Of a DNA stretch of 64,000 nucleotides, positions 10,158-20,740 are shown one piece after another (position 1 is the stretch's first letter; the number at the start of each line of letters is the position of its first letter). This stretch comes from Myxococcota bacterium (lineage in GTDB: Bacteria > Myxococcota_A > Polyangia > Polyangiales > Houyiibacteriaceae), in contig JBCCEA010000018.1 of assembly GCA_039030515.1 (NCBI GenBank), positions 24,033 through 88,032 of the forward strand, written 5' to 3'. The translations under genes were made by a program, and so were the position numbers. Below the pieces are notes generated by a model that was given only the letters and a program-made list of their open reading frames with translations, was not told where the DNA came from and ran no database searches.

Positions 10158-11497
10158 GCGTCTTCTTCCTCGATAGGCGCACCGAGTGACCTCAATAAAG
10201 CGGCAAAACCCGGGAAGCTCGTGTCGACACAGCCCACATCGGATATTACGGACTCGCCGTCTGCGCGAAGCGCAAGTAAGGTGGCGGCCATCGCGATTCG
10301 ATGATCTCCGCGGCTGTCCACTTCAGCGGCACGGATGGTTCTACCCCCCTCGATTTCCATTCCGCTGTCGAATTCGCGACAGGGAACGCCAAAGAGTGAG
10401 AGCACCTCGGCCATCGTGGCGATCCGATCGCTTTCTTTGACTCGAAGCTCCGAGGCGTCACGAACCAAACTCGTTCCTCGAGCGGATGCGGCTACCGCGC
10501 AGAAACAAGGAATCTCATCGATCATGCGGACAAGGAGTTCACCGCCGATCGAGGCTGCCCTGTAGTCGCTCGCCCTCGCCTCGATATCGGCGACGGGCTC
10601 ATCACCCGCCCACGCTCCTTTGGGGGTCGAATGAAAAGACACGCCCATCGGACGAAAGGCATCGAGAACTCCTGTTCGGGTGGGATTGACTCCGACCCCT
10701 TCGATGGAGACGCGACTTCCGGGAACACTCGCAGCGGCGCCCACTACAAATGCGGCGCTGGAGAGATCTCCGGGGACATGCCACGCAAAGCCTTCCCAAC
10801 GTCGATTCCAGTCCGCCGGGTCGAGCACGACCATCGATCCGGCTGTCTGCAGAGGGATGCCGAGTGCGTGCATCATCCGCTCCGTGTGATCCCGAGACAC
10901 AACCGGTTCACGCAGCGCGGTCATGCCAGAGCTGTAGAGCCCGCTAAGCAGCAGTGCACTTTTGACCTGAGCGCTGGCCACCGGCATTTCGTACTCGAGA
11001 GGCTGAAGTGTTTCGCCTTCGATCAGCGGAGCGATAGAGAGCGGGGCGTAGTGCTCTTCACGCACTTTGCCGGCTGCCCCACGGATATGTGCACCTCGAG
11101 CGCGGAGAGGCGTGACGACTCTGCCCATCGGACGGCGAGTCAGCGACGCGTCCCCTGCCAGTCGACTGCCGAATTTTTGCCCGCTGAGAAGGCCCGCCAA
11201 TAGACGCATGCCCGTGCCCGAATTGCTACAATCGATGGTTGCAGGTGCCATACGCAGGCCGTGGATGCCTACGCCGTGGATGCGGGCTGAGGTTTCAGAG
11301 ATTTTCATCTCCACCCCAAGGGCTTGAAAAGCCTCAGCGGTTGCCAGATTGTCGGTGCCCCCCGAGAGTCCTGTGATTTCACACGCGCCGTCCGAGAGAG
11401 CGGCAAACATCAGAGCGCGATGTCCAATCGACTTATCCCCCGGAACTTGGACTCTGCCACGCAGTGGTGGACTCGGATTAATCCGATAGCGTTTCAT
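10154..11497 (-). CDS. aroA: EPSP synthase (class II)
   Basis: PGDKSIGHR, NSGTGMRL, SAQVKS, RDHTE, RVKESDR, DHRIAM; start at MKRY (11497). Confidence 0.97.
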   Translation of the reverse strand: MKRYRINPSPPLRGRVQVPGDKSIGHRALMFAALSDGACEITGLSGGTDNLATAEAFQALGVEMKISETSARIHGVGIHGLRMAPATIDCSNSGTGMRLLAGLLSGQKFGSRLAGDASLTRRPMGRVVTPLRARGAHIRGAAGKVREEHYAPLSIAPLIEGETLQPLEYEMPVASAQVKSALLLSGLYSSGMTALREPVVSRDHTERMMHALGIPLQTAGSMVVLDPADWNRRWEGFAWHVPGDLSSAAFVVGAAASVPGSRVSIEGVGVNPTRTGVLDAFRPMGVSFHSTPKGAWAGDEPVADIEARASDYRAASIGGELLVRMIDEIPCFCAVAASARGTSLVRDASELRVKESDRIATMAEVLSLFGVPCREFDSGMEIEGGRTIRAAEVDSRGDHRIAMAATLLALRADGESVISDVGCVDTSFPGFAALLRSLGAPIEEEDA

Positions 11498-11561
11498 TCG
11501 TACCCTAGTAACTCGTTCGAGTCCTCTATGTCCGAGTGCAGGATTGTATCCGAGTTCGCGC

Positions 11562-12713
11562 TCACGGCTCATGCGACATTGCGGAGAACGCCTCAGACTG
11601 GATCGCAACTGTGCTCGAAGGCGTTCGATCGTGCACCCGGACTACGGGTCCGCTCTCGAGCAGTAGCTCGAATAAGGGTTCAATTCTCTCTAAGAGCATC
11701 GCGGTGTCTTCTTCGGAAAGACGGGCGTGAACCTTGACGGTTTCCCCCTCCCTCAAGACGAACGTTCCGTCGATGATCGGACCAAAGCCCATCGCGCGCG
11801 TCATCAGATTGCTCCGCTGACCGTCGATCAGCGCTTGAATCTCCTGGGTGAGTTGTTCTGCTCGCTCAGCGCTATCCATGCTGACTTCGATAGCGCATCG
11901 AATACCGTCTTCTATGTCGAGGTATAGGACGGCGTACGTAACGTATTGCCGGAGGCTGTCCGACAGGCCCGAGATGTTCGGGATGAGTTCGCTGCGCAGG
12001 CTAAGGCTGGGCTCAAACGCGTAGGTGAACAAGTGAGCTTCGGTGTCGGTTCGCGTCACAAGAGAAGCCGAACCACTTGGGCGATTAAGGGCTGCGTCGA
12101 GTAGACCGGACGAGCCAGCGACCCACGTGACTTCATCTGCAGCGAACACAAATACGCCGTCTCGCGAGTAGACCGTACGTTGCCCGAGCAGCTCTGTTGT
12201 CACAGGTCCAAAGTTCGACTCTAGCAAAGCGAGAAACAGCTTCGGATCGTAGTTGCCCTGCAAGATGATAAGTGGCGGACCGAGTCCGTCGCCGTCTTCG
12301 TTCTGACCCAAAACGATCTTCGATGTTTGCGTCAAGAACAGCCATGCATTGGCTTTGATTGGGTCAGGCACGTCCCCTGCCTGACCGTAGAGTAAATCGA
12401 TGACGTCCTGAGCATGAGAGGAATCTAGAAACCGCGCGACGTTGAAGGTGGCGAGACGTACCGTGTCTGGAGGCAGCAGGTCTATCGGCGAGCGCTCTCG
12501 AGATGCATGTTCTTGAGGTGCGTGCTCTCGAGATGCATGTTCTTGAGGTGCGTGCTCTGGTCTTGAGGCTTCCTGCTCTGGCGGAGTCTGCATATCGTAT
12601 GGCGGGGTCTGCATATCGGTCGTCGCTCCGCCACATGCGGCTGCGCCCGAGAGCATCGCTGCCGCAAGACGCGCTACAGAACCGCACATCTTCACAGGGA
12701 CTACTTTCCGCAT
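11562..12713 (-). CDS. Hypothetical lipoprotein with repeat-containing N-terminal linker
   Basis: Lipobox-like LSGAAACGG; repeats DMQTPP x2 and EHAPQEHASR x2. Confidence 0.65.
   Translation of the reverse strand: MRKVVPVKMCGSVARLAAAMLSGAAACGGATTDMQTPPYDMQTPPEQEASRPEHAPQEHASREHAPQEHASRERSPIDLLPPDTVRLATFNVARFLDSSHAQDVIDLLYGQAGDVPDPIKANAWLFLTQTSKIVLGQNEDGDGLGPPLIILQGNYDPKLFLALLESNFGPVTTELLGQRTVYSRDGVFVFAADEVTWVAGSSGLLDAALNRPSGSASLVTRTDTEAHLFTYAFEPSLSLRSELIPNISGLSDSLRQYVTYAVLYLDIEDGIRCAIEVSMDSAERAEQLTQEIQALIDGQRSNLMTRAMGFGPIIDGTFVLREGETVKVHARLSEEDTAMLLERIEPLFELLLESGPVVRVHDRTPSSTVAIQSEAFSAMSHEP
12494..12618. repeat. 30-bp perfect tandem duplication (12494-12553) and 21-bp-period near-perfect duplication (12579-12618)
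   Basis: gctctcgagatgcatgttcttgaggtgcgt x2; tggcggrgtctgcatatcg x2. Confidence 0.9.
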
Positions 12714-12729
12714 AGCGTGTTCTGCATCC

Positions 12730-13815
12730 CTAAAGAACCTGCGGTAGTGTCGCCAGTAGCGACTCGTTTTCCCCCGGAAGCCCGACAGAAATTCGGATCC
12801 ACTCTTCGATGGGAGGAGACATCGGTCGCACGATGATGCCGGAGCGAAGCAGTCGTTCGTAGACGTCTCGACCGCTGGAACCTACCTGCACCAAAACGAA
12901 ATTCGTTTGGCTGCGGGCAACACGCAGGCCCATTTGCTCAAGACCGCGAGTCAGCGCCTCTCGTTGTGCCGCATTCATCGCGAGATAGCGGTTCAAATGA
13001 TCTGCATCGCGTAGCGAAGCTCGAGCCGCAATCTGACCCAGCATGTTGCAACTAAAGGGGGCCCGAACTCGATTGATCAACTCGACAGCATCCGGAGTGC
13101 CGATGAGGTAACCCACGCGAAGCGCAGCCAGTCCATGGGCCTTAGAGAATGTCCGCGTCACGGCAAGTCGTTTGCGAAGGTGTCTCAGGTTGAGCGCGCT
13201 GACGAAGTCAGGCGCATCCGCAAACTCTACATAGGCCTCGTCTACAACCAGCAGCACATGAGGAGGCAGTTCGGTGACCAGTGTGCGTAGTGCCGCCTCG
13301 GGCATATGGGTGCCGGTCGGATTGTTCGGGTTGGCGACAAACATCAAGCTCGTGTCGGGGCGAACCGCCTGAAGCAGATCGTCTACGTTCCAATACAGGT
13401 GCTCCCTCAGAGGAACTTCGGTGTAGGGGACGTTGGCGGCGATGCATCCGAGCCGGTAGCAGACGAAGCTCGGTGTTCCGAATACCGCGTGATGCTCTGA
13501 GGAGGCGAAGGTGCGGCACGCGATGTCGAGAAGCTCGTTGCTGCCGTTGCCTACCGCGACTTCTTCCGGGAGCACTTCGTAGTGTTTGGCCAAGCTATGC
13601 CGAAGATCGTATGCGTTTGGATCCGGATAGCGATGGAGGTCGTCACTAGCCTCGGTCAGGGCAGTGCGTGCTTGCGGAGACATCCCGAAGGGACTCTCGT
13701 TGCTTGCAAGCTTGATCGGATGTTCGATGCCGTATTCGCGCTGGAGTTCTGCAGTCGTCTTGCCGGCAACGTAAGGGACCATACGCTGGATGTGGGGCGG
13801 AATCAGATGTTGCAT
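12730..13815 (-). CDS. hisC: Histidinol-phosphate aminotransferase
   Basis: KLASNE, GNGSNE, NPNNPTG, DEAY, RTFSKAHGLA with PLP lysine. Confidence 0.95.
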   Translation of the reverse strand: MQHLIPPHIQRMVPYVAGKTTAELQREYGIEHPIKLASNESPFGMSPQARTALTEASDDLHRYPDPNAYDLRHSLAKHYEVLPEEVAVGNGSNELLDIACRTFASSEHHAVFGTPSFVCYRLGCIAANVPYTEVPLREHLYWNVDDLLQAVRPDTSLMFVANPNNPTGTHMPEAALRTLVTELPPHVLLVVDEAYVEFADAPDFVSALNLRHLRKRLAVTRTFSKAHGLAALRVGYLIGTPDAVELINRVRAPFSCNMLGQIAARASLRDADHLNRYLAMNAAQREALTRGLEQMGLRVARSQTNFVLVQVGSSGRDVYERLLRSGIIVRPMSPPIEEWIRISVGLPGENESLLATLPQVL

Positions 13816-13949
13816 GAGGTAGTATGGGCCCGAAACAAGGCCTTAGACTGCAGAACTAGCTCTGGGCGGAGGCGTTGGCAATAAGACCTGCCTGGGCCCG
13901 GTCGAAACGGAGTGCCTGCGCATCCGCCTCTTTACCGCACCGGGCTTCC

Positions 13950-16673
13950 TCAGTCCTCCTGCTCGATCTGCTCTTTCAATCTGGAAAGAGCCATCAAGGC
14001 ATCCATCGGAGTCATTTGATTCGGGTCCAAGTGCCGTAGGGTCTCGATCACTTTGCCGATGTGGGGAGGCGTCGCTGCAGAGAAAAGATCGAGTTGTTGA
14101 GATTCACGAGACCGACCCTCGCCGTGCGGGAAACTATCTGCGGCTTTGGTGCGATTTTCAAATGCCTCCAGAAGGCTTCGTGCACGCTCAAGAACCCAAT
14201 CGGGAATTCCGGCAAGCCGTGCGACCGCAACGCCATAGCTGCGATTGGCGCCACCCTCGGTGAGTCGGTGTAGGAACACGACCTCCTCTCCCCGTTCCAA
14301 CGCAGCGACGTTGTAATTGCGCACTCCGTCAAACTTCGACTCCAGCTCGCAGAGTTCGTGATAGTGGGTCGCGAACATCGTGCGGCAGCGAATCGTCTCG
14401 TGCAGGTGCTCTGCGATGGCCCAGGCGATCGCGAGACCGTCGTAGGTGCTGGTGCCCCGTCCTATTTCATCGAGAATCACGAGGGAGTCTGCACTTGCTT
14501 CCCGAAGAACCGTGGCGGCCTCCTGCATTTCGACCATGAAGGTGCTGTGCCCTTCAGCGAGGTTGTCGCTGGCGCCTATTCGGGTGAACACGCGATCGAC
14601 AAGTCCCACGCGGGCCGTTTTCGCGGGCACAAAACTCCCCGTCTGCGCTAATATCACCGCGAGTGCAACTTGGCGCATCGTCGTGCTCTTTCCGCTCATG
14701 TTCGGCCCGGTCACCATCATCAAGCGGCAGTCGTCTGCATCGAGCTCCACATCGTTGGGCACGAACACTCCGGCGGCAGCCAATCGCTCGACGACGGGAT
14801 GTCTCGAGTCCTTCAGCGAAATTGTGCTGCCTGTATCCACTACGGGACGACAGTAGTCGTATGCCCGGGCCACTTCGGCAAGCGATGCCAGCGCGTCGAT
14901 GCGACCGACTCCACCTGCAAGACGTCTGAGTTTCGCGCCTTCTTCTCCGATCCGTTCTCGCAAAGATTGGAAGAGCGCGAGTTCGATTTCACGGGAACGC
15001 TCGTCTGCCCCCGCTATTTTTTCCTGAAGTTCAGCCAGTTCATCGGTCGTGTAGCGTTCTGCTCCGACCACCGTTTGCTTTCGTCGATAGTCTTCAGGTA
15101 CCGATCCCAGTTTGGCTTTCGAAATTTCAATATAGTATCCAAAGACCTTGGTGTATTTGATCTTGAGGGTGGTGATACCGGTTCTCGTTCGCTCTCTTTG
15201 CTCGAGTTCCTGAATCAGCGACTTGCTGTTTTGAGAAATGGCGTGGAGCTCGTCGAGCTCTGGATCGACGCCTTCGGCGATGATCGCCCCCGCATGTATC
15301 GTCGCCGCGGGTTGCTCCACCAGCGTGCGCTGGAGATCTTCGAGTAGATCGGCCGTGTGTACATCCGGCAGGCTAGCTCCCAATGCGGCTGAGCGTACGG
15401 TTGCCTCGTTACGCTTCGCATCGTTTGCTGGGGATGGGTCTTGTTCAACCTCTGGCAGGTCAAAGGGCAATTCGGAGTCGTGCATGGCTGCAAGACACTG
15501 ACGCAATGATTCGACGGCAAGAAGTCCGGTCCGTAACGCGGCGAGATCCTTAGGTGTGGCCACCCCCATAGACGCACGCGTTGCGAGACGTTCGAGATCT
15601 CCAACGCGAGAGAGCGGATCTTGGACTTCCTTCAAGCGGAGTGGCTGAAAGGTAAAAAGCGCCACCACATCGTGTCGGCGACGAATGAGGGCGACATCTC
15701 GGAGTGGTGCCAGAAGCCACTGACGCAAGGTGCGGGCTCCCATCGGAGTTCGGGTCTTATCGATCAATTGCAGAATCGAGCCGCGCCTTTCGCCACCCAA
15801 CGTTTCTACCAGCTCCAGATTGCGTATCGCGACGTCGTCGAGCACGAGATGATCGCGAGGGTGGTATCGGCGTATTACCTCTACGGGAATCCCCCTTTGA
15901 ATCGAGTAGGTGTCTGCGTAATGGATCGCCCGCAGCACCGCGAGGTATGCAGCACGCGGCAGCTCACCCATTTGATGACCGGCGTCGGTTCCTTCGAATC
16001 TTCTCGCCACGACGGCTTCTTCAAAACCCTCCGCAAAGGGATGCGCCGCAACTTGGGTAGTCAGACTTCGGGTGGCCTCCAGAAGATCGGACTCGTTTGG
16101 GGACATGATGAGTTCTTTTGGACCCAAACGGAGCACTTCAGCCAAAGCTTCTTCCGTGGAACCTAGAGAGCACGTTCGAACCTCACAGGTGGAGAGATCG
16201 ATGGCACAGATTCCATACGACTTATCATTGGGTTCCTCAGTCGCTGTTTCGACCGCAACCAAGTAGTTTGGTGCTCGGGACTCAAGAGCATCTGGCTCGA
16301 GGCAGAGCCCGGGCGTGATGACCCGGACCACTTCTCGTGGAACGATCCCGCGGACTTTTTTTGGATCACCTACTTGCTCACAAAGGGCGATTTTGTGCCC
16401 TTTCTGGAGCAGCTTGGTCAGATAGCCGGTTGCCGCATGATGGGGAACTCCCGCCATGGGAACTCGGTGACCTTGCTTGTCTTGCCCACGACTTGTGAGC
16501 GTGATGCCGAGAATCTCGGCAGCCTTCTCTGCATCGTCGTAGAAGAGTTCGTAGAAATCACCGAGGCGAAAGAACAACAGTGCGTCGGGATATTGCTCCT
16601 TGGCTCGAAAGTACTGCTGCATGACCGGTGTACGGCTAGGCGATGCAGATTTCTGCCTTTGCGATTTGGCCAC
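13950..16673 (-). CDS. mutS: DNA mismatch repair protein MutS (MutS1)
   Basis: TPVMQQY, FFRLGDFYELF, GPNMSGKST, STFMVEM, DEIGRGTST; C-terminal clamp motif QLDLF. Confidence 0.98.
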   Translation of the reverse strand: MAKSQRQKSASPSRTPVMQQYFRAKEQYPDALLFFRLGDFYELFYDDAEKAAEILGITLTSRGQDKQGHRVPMAGVPHHAATGYLTKLLQKGHKIALCEQVGDPKKVRGIVPREVVRVITPGLCLEPDALESRAPNYLVAVETATEEPNDKSYGICAIDLSTCEVRTCSLGSTEEALAEVLRLGPKELIMSPNESDLLEATRSLTTQVAAHPFAEGFEEAVVARRFEGTDAGHQMGELPRAAYLAVLRAIHYADTYSIQRGIPVEVIRRYHPRDHLVLDDVAIRNLELVETLGGERRGSILQLIDKTRTPMGARTLRQWLLAPLRDVALIRRRHDVVALFTFQPLRLKEVQDPLSRVGDLERLATRASMGVATPKDLAALRTGLLAVESLRQCLAAMHDSELPFDLPEVEQDPSPANDAKRNEATVRSAALGASLPDVHTADLLEDLQRTLVEQPAATIHAGAIIAEGVDPELDELHAISQNSKSLIQELEQRERTRTGITTLKIKYTKVFGYYIEISKAKLGSVPEDYRRKQTVVGAERYTTDELAELQEKIAGADERSREIELALFQSLRERIGEEGAKLRRLAGGVGRIDALASLAEVARAYDYCRPVVDTGSTISLKDSRHPVVERLAAAGVFVPNDVELDADDCRLMMVTGPNMSGKSTTMRQVALAVILAQTGSFVPAKTARVGLVDRVFTRIGASDNLAEGHSTFMVEMQEAATVLREASADSLVILDEIGRGTSTYDGLAIAWAIAEHLHETIRCRTMFATHYHELCELESKFDGVRNYNVAALERGEEVVFLHRLTEGGANRSYGVAVARLAGIPDWVLERARSLLEAFENRTKAADSFPHGEGRSRESQQLDLFSAATPPHIGKVIETLRHLDPNQMTPMDALMALSRLKEQIEQED

Positions 16674-16683
16674 GGGTGCTCCC

Positions 16684-19224
16684 TCAATCGAATACAGCGT
16701 CGATGCCGAGCTCTTCCAAATCGATTGAAACCAGGCCTGCTGTCGCGATGTCTATGACGTAGAGATGGTTGTCTCCCGCGTGAAACCGCATGTCCTGAGG
16801 CAGAACGCCACTGACGCCACTGAGTGCTGAAATCGAGACTCCCGACCGACTCGGTACCGACGTCACCGTGAACCTGAGTCCGGTGAAGTCTTCGTTATTG
16901 GGTCGAACGACAAAATCGCTTAGCTGCAGTTGAAGAAAGCCGTTGTCGAATAGCAATCCAGGCGAAGCTCTTCCCGGAAGCGCACTGGCCACCTGCGTGC
17001 ATGAACCGTCTTCGCCCTCCGAAACGGAGGTGAGATAACCCTCCGTGCTGCCTTCGACACGATAACTTCCTCGGGTTCGCACCTCAAACTCGATCAGGCC
17101 TGGAAAACATCGGAACACCTCTTCCAGCGTGTACCCAGCCTCCATCGGCTCCAACACGTCGAGCTCGAGGGATTCCTGTGTTGCACGGGTTACGGTATAG
17201 CCAACAACAGCCTGGTCTCCTTGATTGTTTTCTTCGAAGAGCGCGCAGCTGGGGTCGTCGTCGCTTGAAACTGAATCCTCGGTGATGACGAAGTACGTCC
17301 CCTCGTTGCCAGAAACCGCGTCGGCCGCAGTCGCATCCTGTAGGACGCCGACGACACCAAACTCGCAAAAATTGCTTCCAGGCGCATCAAACCTAAGGCC
17401 TTCCGGACTGTCGATAAGTCGCCCGACCGTAGTTCCGGTTCCCGGAATCGCCCCCTGCCACTCAAAATTCCACTGTTGTGCTGAGGTCGTCCACGGGTCG
17501 TCGAGCACGCATATCAGTGGATCTCCATCGTCGGTCAGATTGGCTACGTCGGGATACACCTCCGTCATTCCCAGTCCACAAGCGGATAGGGGCACCAGAC
17601 TTGGGTCGCTCAGGGATACGTCGCGAAGTCCGCTGTTGTTGATCCGCTCCGAGAGACCTTCGTAGGAGTACCGGGGGTCGGCGCTCAGCTCAATGAGTTC
17701 ATCATCTTCCAAAAACTCACCGATGCGCGGCCGATGCCTTCGGATGTAGACGCGCTGATCATCTTCGTTGTCTAAGGAGCCGCTGCCCGCTGCGCACTCA
17801 GCCTCAGTTCCACCACGACAGCTCGCGTCAAGATCGTAAATATCGATCATGCGAACCGTGCCGTCGGTAAGTCCTGCAGCGAGGAACACTCCCCGGAACG
17901 TTTCAAAACTCACCGACGCGACCGCATCTTCGATACTGGGATCACAAAGTTCGCCTGGGGTAATGCCGTTGTCCTCCTCATCCTCCTCTTCGATATCGTC
18001 CGGGGTAAGTATCTCCAAGGTGAGGGCAGGAGCATCGAGGTCGAGTCGATCGGTAGGCTGGAATCCGTGAACCAGGACGAGTGCTCCATCCGTTTTGCCC
18101 GCTCCATCTGCGCCCTGCGCATCGCCAGTGCCGCTCAGCAACTCAACCACCAGGACGCTGCCGTCGACCGCATCGATTGCGTAGAGAAACTGGACTGTGG
18201 AATCTGAATCTGGAGACGCCAACATCTCTGTCGGAACTGGGGGCGCCACCACGAGCTCTCTCGTAGGAACGCCCACGTTGATCTGGCTTACGTTTGGGGT
18301 CTCACTTCCGTCGTCCGGGAAGGAAAAGACATGAATAAGCGGAAGCTGACGATCTGAAACGAAGAGTCTATGGTCGTTTGGATCTAGAGCGAGAGCGATG
18401 GGTTCTGGGTCCAAATCGAGATCGAATGGCCCACGTTCGTCTGCCGTCGCTGGCTCCAATAGAAAGAGATCGGAAGGGCACAGCTTTCGATCGGAAGAGT
18501 CGGTCTTCGTGTACGCAGGTGAACCGACGCTTGCTGGTGCGGTGAGCACATAGTCTACTCGTCCTTCGAAGGTCCCATCGGCAGCGAGAGAAATCGCTGC
18601 GACCAAACTTTCTGAAGGCACGGCGACATAGAGCACGTCTTCACCGGGGCCCATCACCATATCCGTCGGTGGACCTGGCAAGTCCACAGGGTCTGGCTCC
18701 GAGGGAGTTTCGCCATCGGTAGCAAAATTCGTATCGCTCAGAAACTCACGGTCATATTCGGAGTCTCGCCGGAACAGAGTGCTGGGGATCGCTCGAACCC
18801 GACTTGTGCCCTCTCCTGCCACGTAGACAAACTCGGGCGTCGCGTTTTGGCGCACGGCGATGGCGCTCGGCAGCGAATCCACCTGCAGGAAACTAAAGCC
18901 GGGAACGAGTAGATCGCTATCCAGGATCTCTTCCTCGGTGAGATCCACCGCGCCGATCTCACCTCGAGCGGTTTGATTGACCAACGCTACAAGCGCTCGG
19001 CCCGGTGCGCTGTCGTCTGGATCCACTCCGTCGCACGCGGACAGCACGGTCACTTGCGCACGGGTGAGGTCGTTGGATCGCGAAGGCACAAGGAAGCACA
19101 TCAACGTCAAATCCGATGGGCGTTCAAAAGTTGCAGGTGTTACGCGAATTGAGTTGTCATCGCACGCCACGAGCAGCGTCAGCGCAATCCCGACTGCGCC
19201 GCAACAGCGCCTGCTAGCGCTCAT
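16684..19224 (-). CDS. Large acidic lipoprotein, probable beta-propeller
   Basis: Lipobox LTLLVAC; blade-like segments (PTDMVMGPGEDVLYVA, PIALALDPNDHRLFVSD, PQDMRFHAGDNHLYVID); ATG overlaps upstream TGA. Confidence 0.7.
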   Translation of the reverse strand: MSASRRCCGAVGIALTLLVACDDNSIRVTPATFERPSDLTLMCFLVPSRSNDLTRAQVTVLSACDGVDPDDSAPGRALVALVNQTARGEIGAVDLTEEEILDSDLLVPGFSFLQVDSLPSAIAVRQNATPEFVYVAGEGTSRVRAIPSTLFRRDSEYDREFLSDTNFATDGETPSEPDPVDLPGPPTDMVMGPGEDVLYVAVPSESLVAAISLAADGTFEGRVDYVLTAPASVGSPAYTKTDSSDRKLCPSDLFLLEPATADERGPFDLDLDPEPIALALDPNDHRLFVSDRQLPLIHVFSFPDDGSETPNVSQINVGVPTRELVVAPPVPTEMLASPDSDSTVQFLYAIDAVDGSVLVVELLSGTGDAQGADGAGKTDGALVLVHGFQPTDRLDLDAPALTLEILTPDDIEEEDEEDNGITPGELCDPSIEDAVASVSFETFRGVFLAAGLTDGTVRMIDIYDLDASCRGGTEAECAAGSGSLDNEDDQRVYIRRHRPRIGEFLEDDELIELSADPRYSYEGLSERINNSGLRDVSLSDPSLVPLSACGLGMTEVYPDVANLTDDGDPLICVLDDPWTTSAQQWNFEWQGAIPGTGTTVGRLIDSPEGLRFDAPGSNFCEFGVVGVLQDATAADAVSGNEGTYFVITEDSVSSDDDPSCALFEENNQGDQAVVGYTVTRATQESLELDVLEPMEAGYTLEEVFRCFPGLIEFEVRTRGSYRVEGSTEGYLTSVSEGEDGSCTQVASALPGRASPGLLFDNGFLQLQLSDFVVRPNNEDFTGLRFTVTSVPSRSGVSISALSGVSGVLPQDMRFHAGDNHLYVIDIATAGLVSIDLEELGIDAVFD

Positions 19225-20603
19225 CGTAGTTCCTGAATGGGTTGAGGCGTGCCTAGGAGTGCGCGGGTCGTGGGCGCGCACTCACGTTCTTCGAATTTCG
19301 TACTGGTGTTGTCCCCCACATAGTTGTCTACGAGACAGCTGAGAAGCGGGGTGAGGTCTACGATCCGAATCACTGAGTTGTTGAAATCGCCGAGATATAC
19401 CAGTCGGCGCTGCGGGTCGACGATGAGATCAAAGGGTCCGGAAAGGTTCCTGGTCACCGCGACGAGACGACGTCTGTCGATATCGATGATATACAAATCA
19501 CGACTGTCGAAACAGCTGACGAATGCCAAGTTGAATGAGGCGTCCGTTCCTTCAGCCTGAACTTGAGCGAGTGCCATCCGCGATGCGCCATCTCCGAGCT
19601 CGACGATATCGACGATGTTCAGCACATTGGGCTCTCGCTCTCGCAGGTCAGCGATCAGCAACGATCTCGGCTCACGCGCCACGATGTACGCGAACGGATG
19701 GGTGTCTAATCCTCTCGGATCAAACGCTACGGCACGGGTGTCTCCGGAACCTCCCGTGATAAAGTCGAGGTCTTCCAACAAAATCGAACCCGCATCGAAG
19801 AGTTCTACCTCGTCGTCCTCCATCGTCAGGGCATCGACAGCGATGCCCACGTTTGCGATTCGCCTCTCGGAAATGCTCGGCATCCACGCACGTCGCGTCT
19901 GAGGATTCCAGGTGGCTGCCACCAAATCGCTCGGAAGTTCGTCGATGGTGTCGACAAGGACGGGCGCCTGCCCATCCAGAATTTCAAAGAGGCTTGCTTG
20001 ACGTCCGCGGTGGGCCATCAGTACGAAATCTCCCGACAGAGAATCGTTGAGTTCACTTCGGCGACGTACCACGAGACCCAAGGGCTGGTTGGGTAAGGAC
20101 ACATCTTCATTGGATCCCGCCCTGTCCAAAGCGGTGCATCGGTCGGCCTCGGAACAGTTCAAACTGCCGTCCGCGCCCAAGTCAACGTAGGTGAGCTCCT
20201 CATCAGAGCGCGAAACGAGATAGAGCCGCTCTTGATCCGGAGAAATTGCGATGTCGTTGCCGTGCGCACCGATTCGAACCGAGTCGATAAAGTAGGCCTC
20301 CCCCTGACCCTCTGCATCAACAGGAAACTCACAAGGCTGCTGTGGCTCAGTGCAGCTGTCCACCAGGGATTCGATAACAGAGAGATCGTATGAATGCAGC
20401 GTTCCTGTGTTGTATCTCAAATCGAAATCAGAGTTGACGACGAAAAGATATTCGAGGTTGCCAGACGGGTCGGTAGATGCCGCAAGGGCTGTCGGGAAAT
20501 AAATCTCGCGTGCTGGCGGAGGCCTACCTTCGTTATCCAAACAGCCTTCGAGAAGTATGGCGAACGCAAATGCGATAGAACACAGGGCGGTTACATCCCG
20601 CAT
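19221..20603 (-). CDS. YncE/YVTN-like beta-propeller lipoprotein
   Basis: Lipobox ILLEGC; FPTALA...LFVVNSDFDLRYN, DIAISPDQERLYL, GPFDLIVDPQRRLVYLGDF. Confidence 0.72.
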   Translation of the reverse strand: MRDVTALCSIAFAFAILLEGCLDNEGRPPPAREIYFPTALAASTDPSGNLEYLFVVNSDFDLRYNTGTLHSYDLSVIESLVDSCTEPQQPCEFPVDAEGQGEAYFIDSVRIGAHGNDIAISPDQERLYLVSRSDEELTYVDLGADGSLNCSEADRCTALDRAGSNEDVSLPNQPLGLVVRRRSELNDSLSGDFVLMAHRGRQASLFEILDGQAPVLVDTIDELPSDLVAATWNPQTRRAWMPSISERRIANVGIAVDALTMEDDEVELFDAGSILLEDLDFITGGSGDTRAVAFDPRGLDTHPFAYIVAREPRSLLIADLREREPNVLNIVDIVELGDGASRMALAQVQAEGTDASFNLAFVSCFDSRDLYIIDIDRRRLVAVTRNLSGPFDLIVDPQRRLVYLGDFNNSVIRIVDLTPLLSCLVDNYVGDNTSTKFEERECAPTTRALLGTPQPIQELR

Positions 20604-20740
20604 GGGGGCGCACCGTAGCGATGTCGAAGGTTTACGGCAAGCGAACCCGAGCGATTCATACTACCGGCGTTGCATGATCAGCGCCGCGTCCGGTCTGTTG
20701 CACGGATGCCGAACGCGTTCTCGGCTACTTAGCCGTTCGG

